In this document: positions 33,332 to 43,208 of the stretch, piece by piece | How positions within the stretch are numbered: the stretch's first letter is position 1 | Layout: the number at the start of each line of letters is the position of its first letter | Source: Perkinsus chesapeaki ATCC PRA-425 | Taxonomy: Eukaryota > Protista > Perkinsozoa | NCBI GenBank assembly: GCA_013115145.1 | Contig: JAAPAO010000283.1 | Coordinates: 1-43,208, forward strand | DNA length: 43,208 nucleotides | Reading direction: 5' to 3' | The notes under the pieces: model-generated | Database searches by the model: none | Seen by the model: only the letters and a program-made list of their open reading frames with translations | Told to the model about the DNA's origin: nothing | Translations under genes and position numbers: made by a program

Positions 33332-35656
33332 ATGGCGTCAAGTTCAAGCAGGGAAACCTCGCCTTTGCCGTCAGTTCTACCGCCGGTGATCGGCCCACCC
33401 GTGTCTGATTTCGAGTCGGTATGTCGAAAAATGGCAACCGAACACGCAGAGGAGGCCGAGTGCGCTGCGAGACGAATGGACGAGGTGAGAGGCTCTTCAA
33501 TTGATTTATCAGGACGTGTTTCAGTTACGATCTCCGAACACGGAAGGATCCTTGTTTCACAGGAGCTGCCTGGAGCTCGCCGGCTCCAACCGTGAACTGG
33601 CTGCGCGCATGGAGAAGTTGGGGGAGATGCTCAGACTGGAGTCCGGGTGAGAGTCGATATCCAACCTTCCTTATATAATGAGAGATGTCCGCTTACCGTG
33701 GCTAAGCCGGTATTGGTTAAATAAATTATGCCACTGGAAATATATCCTATCGGCAGAGTTTGTGAGTCCTGGAATTAGTCTACGGCACCAGGAGTCCTTA
33801 GTCGCCGTGAGCATTTTGGCGCCGCGGCCTCAATGTGCAACCTTCAGGGAGCCCCCTTCGAAGGACCCCATAGCAGCATCGGCATTGGCAAGTTTCTGTT
33901 ACGTTGCCTGCACCACTTCTCAAGGCGGCTCACTGAAGCAGCCACTTCCTTTATCTCTGATATACTTGACCACATTGAGGCTAGCGAAAACGTAACTTTG
34001 TAAAGCTTGTCGTTTTTGCACACCAGGGGCAGGTATAATCCAGGCCTTCTACGGCCCGACTTCACCGACCATCTCGGGCCTCTATTCGAGAGCCTTGTAA
34101 GATTCCACGACCCTCTGCTGTGGTGGCACGTCACACAAGGCGGCAAGAAGTCGTGGTCGCTGGGCGAGTCTCCAGACTTCCTTCACAGCCTCCTGGCTGG
34201 TCCTCTGAGTCGTCGAGGTCGTCCTGAGCTCTGCCGTACATTCTGGGCTAGACTGGCCCGGAATTGGGACCCTGTCGATGTTGTGTTCTTCGCCCTGGGA
34301 TGGGTGTTGAGGCACTCCGAGGACATCCGTAAAGTGGAAGATGCTAGATCGTAAGTCAGTGTCACCGAATCTGATGGCACATTGGTCCGTAGGCGCGGAC
34401 ATGCTGTCCTATCCATGGAGGCATCCTCGGATATTGAGGAGGTCGCGAAGCGCGCGGCTTGCTTAAAAGCCTTCACACCAAAAAGCGTGCTGCGCACTCT
34501 ACAGACGGCAATATGTGGCGCTCAACGTAGGAATGCGGCGCCCAGCTTCTGGGAATGATAGGAAGCTGTTAGATGCTACAGCGAAGCAGGATGCTCCTCC
34601 TTGTTTGCTCGTGGGGCCCGATGACGCCTTGGCAGCCAGCGATGGCCTTAACACAGGGCAGCTCTGCGTAGGCCAGTTTATGCTTGAGAGTTCACGAACT
34701 TCCGTAAGGTTCTCATTGACGTGCGGCCTCCTCGAGCTCGTACAATGCAACCGTCATTGCGGGGGTCCATGGAATTTGACGTGGAGGCTGCGGGCTCAGC
34801 TGAGATAGCCACCCTCGTTAATAGATCTATCGCCACGCAGAAGACCTATGCCACGAGAGAGCTCCCCGATGGGAAGCGAGGATGCGTAAGAGCTCGCATG
34901 TGAAGTTCGACAATTTACCGTCATTAGGTCGCGCTGCTTCTGTACAACTCCGACGGCTTCTGCCCGCGAGGTTGCTCCCTCTACACCGTTATAGCCCTCT
35001 TGATCGAAGCTGGAGTAGCTGGTGTATGCCTGTTGGACCGAGGGTGAGTTTTACTAGTGATCGCTGCCGATTCAGACCACAGCCCGACCTCAGATACGCA
35101 TCTGTGGCGGAGCTTCGAGGGGATCAGCCCCTCCCGTCCCAGAAGGAGATCCTGCTGGGTCAAGTCAGTAACACTCTAGCGTCCTTACAGGAAACGGCGA
35201 ACCAGAGCTTGAGGCTGGCAGGAGAGAGGCTTCAAGGGTCACGTAGGCTTACGCGCTCGCCGGAGCCTGGAATATTTCCATCATTCAGGATCCCAAACCG
35301 CCACTAAGCTGGAAGAGGTTCGAATAAGGCTCGGCGACGTATCCTCTACAGCAGCCGCTAGCGTGAAGACCCAGTCGGCTGCGCTTGCCGAGACAGCTAA
35401 TGCAACCCTCGAGAAGTTCCGCGAGGGCGCAGCTGATCCCAATGGCTGGTGGGGTCAGGCGTCCTCGGGCTTCAAGTCGATGGCTGCCCGTATGCAACAA
35501 GCGGTGGCTTCTCCGAGCTTCAACGGGGCCGGCCAGCCCGTTCCCGAAGCGCCGAGTGAGTACGCAGTTAGACCACCGCCGAGCCTGAGCTTTGACCGAG
35601 CTCCAAGCCCACCTGATTACACCCCTCCTTGTGATGGAGGGGAAGCTAAGCATTGA
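33332..35656 (+). CDS. TBC (Rab-GAP fold) plus rhodanese-like domain protein, TBC1D23-like architecture
   Basis: LFESLVRFHDPLLWWHV and FWARL...VVFFALGWVLRHSEDI (TBC C-terminal half); LIDVRP and VIALLIEAGVAGVCLLDRG (rhodanese-like); low-complexity tail. Confidence 0.7.
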
Positions 35657-35925
35657 GATTCATCCGTGTTTTCATTGAGAAAAGTTTTGTTGTGTTCGGT
35701 CAATTGTAGCATTCCGAGATTCAACCGCAGAAGCTTTGCCTTACCCTTTGAAAATCTGGTCGAGTGTTCATGTAGATCTCAGCTTAAACAGGGAGTAGCC
35801 TGTGTCTTAGCTACTCGATCACGTTGCTACATTGTGATATAGACACGAAGTAGTGTGGTAGTTGTGAATTACTAGGTAGTGGCCCGCCGCTGGTGGGTGA
35901 GTTGTAGTGATATTCTTTGCCGTAT

Positions 35926-38900
35926 ATGCTACACGATCTGCTTACGTCTCTACTGGGTCTGGAGGGGGACTTCATAAGGAAGGTCGAACATGCTACCGAC
36001 TCCGACGATAAGGTGAGCATCATTTCCTTACATAACAGAGCAGTCCTGCATGACCACCACATGACTGCAGTACACTTTATAGGGTAGAGAGTGCGCGATT
36101 TCTTCTCTTCAGACGTCCTGTGTCCCTCTGTCCTTCGAGCTGTCGCCGCTAGCTTCGAGCAGGTTGTCGGACTCACAAGTGCTATCCATAAAGCCCCTTC
36201 TAGAGCTGGCCAGGTGGGCAAACTCCTAGCCTCAAATTCTCTTTGCTTTACTAGCAAATTACTTCGTCACCGGACGAGAATTTGGTGTGATGATTCCTGC
36301 TTTTGGAGAGCTATTGTTGGCCACAAACTATCATTTATCAGGGCTGGCCATTAATGTTGATAACCAATGGCGTTTGTGTTTCAGATTGTACCACAAGGTA
36401 TCCGCCGCTGTTGAGAATGTTCTAACCTCGGCCCCCGAGCCTCAGCCAAAACCTTACCACTTCACACTGGCTGATACCATTAACTCGGCGGTCCTTGAGC
36501 CGTACAGAGACAGGGTCTGCGATATCGAAGGCACGCTGCTTCAACACGACGGACTAATGCCAGTTACTTACTTGGTGGCCCAACTCCGAGACCAGCTCGA
36601 AATCTTGAACTTTTTCTCAAGTCTGCTCGACGACACTCGTGACGTCAGAGGGTGCCTCCTCCTCGATCATCTCTGGTCCCGGTACCACAACCTGCCTAGT
36701 GGCTCCGCAGCCCGTGTCCCACTCGGGCTTTGTCTAGATGCTGTTGGAGATCTATTCCTATCCATGCTGTCGAAGTGGGTGTCCTTCGGTCAAGGGCCAA
36801 TGCTGCCTGACGTTTTCTTCATCGCCCCATCGAGCAAGGATCTCTCAACTGTTGAGACGGAATCGGCCACCAGCAGCGCTATCGAACTTGCCAGAGATCT
36901 GGTGCCGAGGAGCATCATCAGTATGGCGCTCGCTGAAAAGGTCCTCTTATGCGGCTCAGCAGTAAGAGTGTTGGGATTGTGTATCGTCACGGATGATTCA
37001 AGCAAGAACGCTGAGAATCTTGGCCGACTTCGCCAATTGAAAGTTCTGTTCGACAATGAGGCCGATGAGTTTAAGATGACCGCCAACGGCTGCGTTCGTT
37101 ACCTGGAAGCTAGTGTAGAGCGAGCTAGAAATCTTCTCAATGGCTGGCTGCGTGGTGCAGTGTCGCCTACCCTTCTCGAGCATCTATCCGCTATCAGAGG
37201 CCTTTACCTGCTAGGGGACGGTGCTTTCTGGCAGACCTTCTTGGAGGAGTGTATGGAACTCACAACCACCCGTAGGGGTAATGTTACCGAGTAAGAACTA
37301 CTTCACCTGGTTGACCTACGAAGCTGCCTGAGTTGCCATATTAGGTATGATCTTGCAGCAGGGCCGTGGCAACTTGCTCTAGCAGAGCACTACGCGGACC
37401 AAAGCCACCAAGTTGGCTTTGCCACTATCCGCCTCATGCCGTTGGGATTCTCCTTCTCAAGCAAATCCCTCTTCAACAGTAACCCGATGAACGTCACTCA
37501 TGTCGAATTCGGTGAACATTTATGAGCTTACAATCGGTATATCTTTTCATTCAATGAAACTTCGTCGTGAAGGTTTCGCTTTATGCCTGAGAAGTCGTGG
37601 ACTCTTTGTCAGTTACGAGGCACCAGCACACAGGATCTGTCCCTATCATTGACTGGGAGCTCGCGTGTAAATCAAGCCTGAGTCTTGCCGGCACTGCAAG
37701 GCTCGGCGGTCAGGGTAAGGTTTCACTTCTCTTGTTCGACGTAGACTGAAGGCTGCTTCTTCACAGGTGCCGCCGAGCTCCTTCGCTTGGGGAGCAGCGG
37801 GCAGTGTTGGGTGACTAGTCGGCAGCTAGTTGGCCGCGGAAGGTTCGGCACAGAGCTCGAATTCATCGCGCCGGAACGATCTTCCTCCTCATCTCCTGGA
37901 GATAGTTCTATGAGGTAAGTCCGTGTTTTTCTAATGCCTCTGCAAAACCGGTACAGCCTGTACACGGTGACTCTGACGTTTATATATTTCATTCTCAGCT
38001 TCGTCCTTCTTTACCAAAACATCCATTCCCCTTCTGAGATTGCCGTGGGCTCTGCTGGGTGGTCTGCCCAGCCAAAAGGAAAACCTTGGTAAGCCGCCGT
38101 GCCTACTTTTCGTGTTGTGTCATGGCTATCAACTTTTTCCGCGTCTCTGGGATTTCCGCTCCTGCTCCCTGGGATGTTGCCTCATGTACTCCGCATTCCC
38201 AACTTCACTGGGCATCGAAGCGCGTGCCACTCCGTCAGTTTCCGGGTCAACAGTAACTACAGAATTTGAGATCAGGGTCGTTCTGACCAGCGAGGGTGGG
38301 ATTCCTGCGTCGGCTGTTCTCTAAATTGTCTCGGTTAGGGAATCGCTTACCAAGCACTTTGGCTTCGGGGAAAGTCGTGAGTCCTGGCTATCGAACTACC
38401 GTAGACGACTCCTCTCGAACCCACACGTTGGTTGTATCGACTGAGACTATAAAAATCGACGAAGTTCTCGTATGCGAGTTGCGTCTACCCTCCTCAACTG
38501 CAGCATCACCGAACTCGCAGGGAGGGTGGAAGCTAGATGGTCTAGGATGCTGTTTTGTCGGAGTGTGTACGACAGATTCGTCAAATGGGAACACCTATCT
38601 AGAAATCCTCAAGTGGTCCCATTCTCAACCAGAAGCTCGGGCCGGCCCCGCCACTGTGTCGTGGCTTGACCGCGTCGTCGTTGTGTATGATGTCCCATGG
38701 CCTTTACCTCTTGTGATTGGTGCCGAGGAGTTCACAAAGTACTCAGTGATATTCCGCGCCCTCCTCTCATTGAGGCACTCTGCTCTGGGATTGGACAACC
38801 TATGGCAAACATTAACCAGTGTTGCGAGGAAACGTCGCGAACCGACGGCGCTGCCTTGGATCAGTCAAATCCTAGCTCTTCGGGCGAGAATGGCCTCCTG

Positions 38901-39665
38901 GCTCTCCACCATAATACAGTATTTCACAATAGACGTTATTAGCGTACGGTACGCCGAACTAGTGAAGAGGGTGTCGATCTCAACTACTGACTTCGATGGG
39001 ATAGTCCAGGCCCATCGAGCATTCTTGGACGATGTTACTTCCAAGTGCTTCCTCGAACCGAGCGGGCGTTCTCGAAAGATACGCTCGTCCATCGATAAGC
39101 TGAGCAAAGCATGCATGAAACTCTCCGCTCTTGGAAAGCAAGGAATATTCGACGATACCGTTCCCAGTGAGCGGCTGGGTAGAGCACTTAAGTCTTTGGA
39201 GGACAAGTTTGTGGTTGGTGTCCGAGACTTGATATCTCTCCTGGATGATATGCATCTGACTAGCAGCGAGAGGGCTCATTCGCTGGCGCAGCTGTTGCTG
39301 AGGTTGGACTATAACGAGTAAGCTTGGAGGTTTTTTTCCTGTTTATCGCAAAACTCCTTGGCAGAACCTACTCCAACCCGCACCAACAATGTAGCGGAGA
39401 AGCAGAAGTTGAAACCCCAACTGTGGACGCCCGCGATCAAAGCACCGAGCGTGGTAAAGAGCAGCTGGCTGCACGAATGTATGATCTCGCTGTTCCAGTG
39501 GTCCGATATCGCCAAGCATCAAGCACGGCAGGCGCAGGCTTCAAGGATGGCGAGCGAAAGTCACAGCAGTTGAGATCGACGCCAGCCGAGATTGGTAGCC
39601 ATTCGCAGCTTGAACTGAAATGTGTTTTATTGGATCAAGCATCAAGATACCATAGCATCCACTGA
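35926..39665 (+). CDS. TUBGCP4: Gamma-tubulin complex component 4 (GCP4/Spc97-98 family) with a large internal insertion
   Basis: MLHDLLTSLLGLEGDFI start, NSAVLEPYRDRVCDIE, LSKWVSFG, LAEKVLLCGSAVRVL, LLEHLSAIRGLYLLGDGAFWQTF, YDVPWPLPLVI...YSVIFRALL, IIQYFTIDVISVRY, AHRAFLDDV, LAQLLLRLDYN. Confidence 0.88.
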
Positions 39666-39805
39666 GCAAGAAAGTGTTCGCCATACAAGGCAGGTGACGA
39701 GTGATACGGTAGGGCTACGATAGGCACCCATCACCGGCCGATCAAATTCGTCATAGTCTGTTGTTTGCATAGACTCACTTGGACTACACAGCGGGGCCTC
39801 ACAAT

Positions 39806-40055
39806 ATGCCTCCTAATATTTCTGCGGTAAGCTCCTTGGTAAGGGCGGAAACTTCGGACGAAGATGCAAGCGTCGTCCAAGCGGAGACGTCGAAGGTAAC
39901 GTTCCCCTCTATGAGAGGAGACAGCAAGTTTTCAGGTTCTATCAGCATACGAGAAATCAAAAGCCCTCCTGGAGAGCATCCGTAGGCGGAAGCTTCTTCG
40001 ATCAGTTGAAGAAACAGAGGAGCAACAACAGCGACCCAACAAGGCGGCACTCTAG
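39806..40055 (+). CDS. Small hypothetical protein (about 69 aa)
   Basis: Intron 39896-39935 joins ...VVQAETSK to VLSAYEKSKALLESIRRRKLLRSVEETEEQQQRPNKAAL* in frame. Confidence 0.4.
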
Positions 40056-41003
40056 AAAATATTGACTTTGCATGAATACTCTCATCAGTTTCAACAATGC
40101 CAAAGTTTTTCGTTTGTCCAGCACTGAATCAGCGGCTGCCTGTGCTACCAAGCACTAGAGACCCGAGTTACCCTTCGTATGTGCCGCCACGTGACTTGGC
40201 AAAAGCAGTAGTTGTCCGCGGCGTTGGAGTGAGACGTGCTAAGTGCATAGATAGATTTCAAGGAAGGGTAACCACATTTAACTGGTAATTTTGTGGGTGA
40301 CCGTGCCGCTGGGGAGCTGAATAGCTGAACAGGGCATGCGATAGATTAAGTGTTTGTCTGTGGCCTTTGCGCAGTCACCACTACTGAGATGGGCCCCCAT
40401 GTTCGCTTTTAATACACCTCCGTTTGACCAAATCGATCAGTAGTTTGTAAATAAGTACATTAAGGCACTGCGACCCATTATGTGGGCTAATTACTATTGA
40501 ATATAGAGGGAAGTCAGGTACTAACCGTTTGGACCACCGGGGAGGGCGCCTAACGTAGTCGAATTCGTCAGAGCCTCTGTCAAGGATAACTGTGGGCGTA
40601 ACAATTGTTGAGTGTTTCCATCTGATGTCCTGTTCGTGGATGATGGAAGACTTTAGCCCACAATGTGTGGGAATGTCAACTGTGATACAGGACCAGCACA
40701 AATGTAACAGCAAGGACAATCAAGTGCGGACACTTCGATATAATCCCGATTCTCTGTGGTTACAAATTAGAACCTGTGTTGCTGAGGTTTTGGTGCCGAT
40801 CAAACGCAACAATTACTAAGCGATTATTGGAGAAGACAAGTGATGTCGAGCTATATAGCAAGAAAGCTTATGAATGATGAGTCACGACTGTAGCTACGTT
40901 AAGTAGAAATCGTCGCCGCATAACTCCTTTTTTAAGGCTATGTTCTTAAGGCGAATATCGAACCCGTCATCGCACTGTTTCTCTGTCAGGGTAATCTTGG
41001 AAT

Positions 41004-41423
41004 CTAGTTGACTGCTTCATCGCACTTCTCCGGTGTTAGGGTAATATTTCCCAACGATGTAATGGCTGTAATCTGATCGTTGGCGAAGTAAAGCCATTCC
41101 AACTCGCTCTTATTGATCGGCAGCTTTAGATCATCCAATGCTTTGGCAAGGTCGGTATTATTGTTGACAGGAAGCCAGATATATGGATTTCGTGTATCTA
41201 TGTCGGGGTTGACGTCCACGCGCCGAGCCGATGCTTCATTGGTCAAGTACTTCCCATGGAACCAGACCCAAAACAAAACGAAGTGCAGGCTGACGTCGTA
41301 CAGGCCCTCGGACTTAGCGCAGTACTTCCCCACCGCGTACTCTATATCAGCATGGACCGGGATTTCACAAACCAGTTGCATAACCACCAGAATACCGTAG
41401 ATTAAAGTTGTGGGGGTTCTCAT
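41004..41423 (-). CDS. Putative secreted lineage-specific protein (139 aa, single exon)
   Basis: N-terminal hydrophobic signal (LIYGILVVMQLVC...VHA), GKYC near the mature start, a late Cys (EKC), and N-glycosylation sequons NNT, NKS and NIT. Confidence 0.65.
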   Translation of the reverse strand: MRTPTTLIYGILVVMQLVCEIPVHADIEYAVGKYCAKSEGLYDVSLHFVLFWVWFHGKYLTNEASARRVDVNPDIDTRNPYIWLPVNNNTDLAKALDDLKLPINKSELEWLYFANDQITAITSLGNITLTPEKCDEAVN

Positions 41424-42269
41424 TATGAGCTTGATGCGAAGCTATGTAATATCTTCAGAAGGTGAACATATTAGCGCAACCGGCCCGACAACACGACACT
41501 AACTTCAGTCAAATGATATAGCATAATTCGAGTCGCTTCCTCATTTGACAAAAGCCAAATCATTTAGAAAAGCGTAGAGATCGGTATAAAAGAAGACCCC
41601 TTTTACCATAATCACACAGCCCGTTATCCGTTGGGATACCACCTTGGTGATCTCTAAGACCTTGCTACAAGATGGTCGATCTGTTGAGTTAACTGCAGCT
41701 TAGAGGGCGAGTAGAAGGTCAAAGCTTAGGCGACAGGGAACTCCCTGTAGGAAAATAAGATGCATGAGAGGGTGCTCCAGTAGGGACCTCTTCCAGAAGT
41801 AAAGTATTTTCGATATAGAACTCGTCGGCGTGAAAGCCGTACAATGCTCAGTGATGCGGGGGAACTCTGAAGGACTACAGAGCGTTTGTTATTGCAAAGG
41901 CTTGGCACTGCTAAGTTGGCGGCACGCAAACGGGTAAAAGTATGCTGGCTGCATGCGCTGAGCATACCTGAACTATGGCGTATTTCTAGAGATCGAGTTC
42001 TAACTTTCATCGGCACCAAACAAACAACACCACCTTTGCTTATGGTGCCGTTGGTAGCTGACAATGGCAATACTCAGTATTGAATATTGTTAAGTAGCAT
42101 ACAAAATAATCTCGCCACTATTCCTTAGCTATATCATACATTGGAGTTTCACCTGTTTCACGTGTAAAACTGTTTTTCGCGTTGTGTAAAGCCAGCAAGA
42201 CGAGATGTGTTATGTAGGAATGACACATCGCGTGATAACGCCTGCGTCTTGTCCACATGGCCTGTGTCT

Positions 42270-43106
42270 GTCCCGCTCTATATGTGTGTCGACGCTAGCG
42301 CTTGGCACATAGCTTGGGGCTCGGAGCTAACTGCTAGCAACCTGCATAGGCAGGCCTGGCAGCGTGGTGAGTCACTCGTGGATTGGTGCCTGGACAAAGG
42401 CGTTCGGATTCTGAATGATGACGAATCCTTACCAACCTTTGAGTCCGAAAGGTATCATTCCTGGGTGGATCTCACCTTATTGTACGGTACTCCCAGAGAT
42501 GGCGCCTGGCCTCGATGGGAGCTAGTGGATGACCTCTGCGGGTCAGACCACAGGCTGCTCTACGTTGAGGTGGACAGTCAAGGTGGCAATCTTGCGCCGC
42601 CGCGACTGGCTCATCGCCTCGTAGATACAGCCAAGGTAATTGACGGTGCTTCTCGGATTCCCTCTGATACTCCTGACTGCGTAGAGGTGCGGCTCCAGGT
42701 GAGGATGACATCACCAATGGCGTCATTCTCGATACTCTCGAGGTGCTGAAGGACAACTGGTGCGTCCAGTTTACTAAGGCCCTTGAGAATGGTGTATATC
42801 CCGACGGATGGAAGTCATCCAAAGGGATTTCTATTCACAAGGCCGGCAGAGACCCCACCAAGCCTAACGGCTGGAGGCCTATCTGCCTGGTCGGTTCTGG
42901 TAGCAAGCTTTTCGAACGTGCCATCGTCGAACGGCTTGCCTCGTGCCCGCAGATCCGGGAACGGTTGGACTCTCCGATCGTCCACGGATTCTGCAAGAGC
43001 AAATCGGTAGACTCTGCTGTCCTGCGCGTGGTTCAGGGCAGGCAGAGAAAGGAGGAAACGCGCACCCATTGCACTTGTGCAATTGGACGTGCAGAACGCG
43101 TTTTAG
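42270..43106 (+). mobile_element. Degenerate non-LTR retrotransposon (APE-type LINE, R1-like) fragment: endonuclease C-terminus plus N-terminal half of RT
   Basis: EN: DASAWHIAWGS...GESLVDW...ILND...PTF...SWVDLTL...GSDH. RT (another frame): APGEDDI...YPDGWK...IHKAGRDPTKPNGWRPICL...KLFERAIVERL...HGFCKSKSVDSA. A further frameshift leads to QLDVQNAF*. Confidence 0.9.
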
Positions 43107-43206
43107 ATGAGACCGAGAGCGTCGGGATCTCTGTGGGGGAGGAAGATGAGCTCACAAGCAGGACGATCAGCTGGGCAGATGAGACCGAGAGCGTCGGGAT
43201 CTCTGT
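43105..43206 (+). repeat. 30-bp direct repeat with 72-bp period, running off the window end
   Basis: AGATGAGACCGAGAGCGTCGGGATCTCTGT at 43105-43134 and 43177-43206. Confidence 0.9.
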
Positions 43207-43208
43207 CC

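Noticed and set aside
40065-40095. LHEYSH (HExxH) reading in one frame
   Set aside because: Very short frame just after a stop codon, with no metalloprotease context.
43105-43206. Direct repeats with a spacer as a possible CRISPR array
   Set aside because: Eukaryotic context, only two copies visible, in-frame coding-like periodicity, and no cas genes.

Overview
Gene-dense eukaryotic window with many short (mostly 40-55 nt) GT-AG introns, so the ORF track shows only fragments. All gene models below were spliced by eye and exon limits are approximate. Intron style, compactness and gene content suggest a protist, most plausibly Perkinsus or a related alveolate (inference). In order: a prolyl 4-hydroxylase gene with a dead domain fused to an intact one; a minus-strand soluble hybrid histidine kinase with architecture heme-type PAS - HisKA - HATPase - receiver - degenerate class III nucleotide cyclase - coiled coil; a multi-EF-hand protein; several hypothetical genes; a membrane RING-H2 ligase; two tandem P5-type ATPases; RNA polymerase III subunit RPC34; a Mis12-like candidate; a TBC-rhodanese protein; gamma-tubulin complex component 4 with a large lectin-like insertion; a secreted lineage-specific protein; and a dead APE-type LINE fragment. 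The best candidate for an undescribed system is the FixL-like PAS kinase-receiver-pseudocyclase, a putative oxygen sensor. Also notable are tRNA-derived sequence inside three ATPase introns and a 401-bp tract identical between the otherwise diverged ATPase paralogs.
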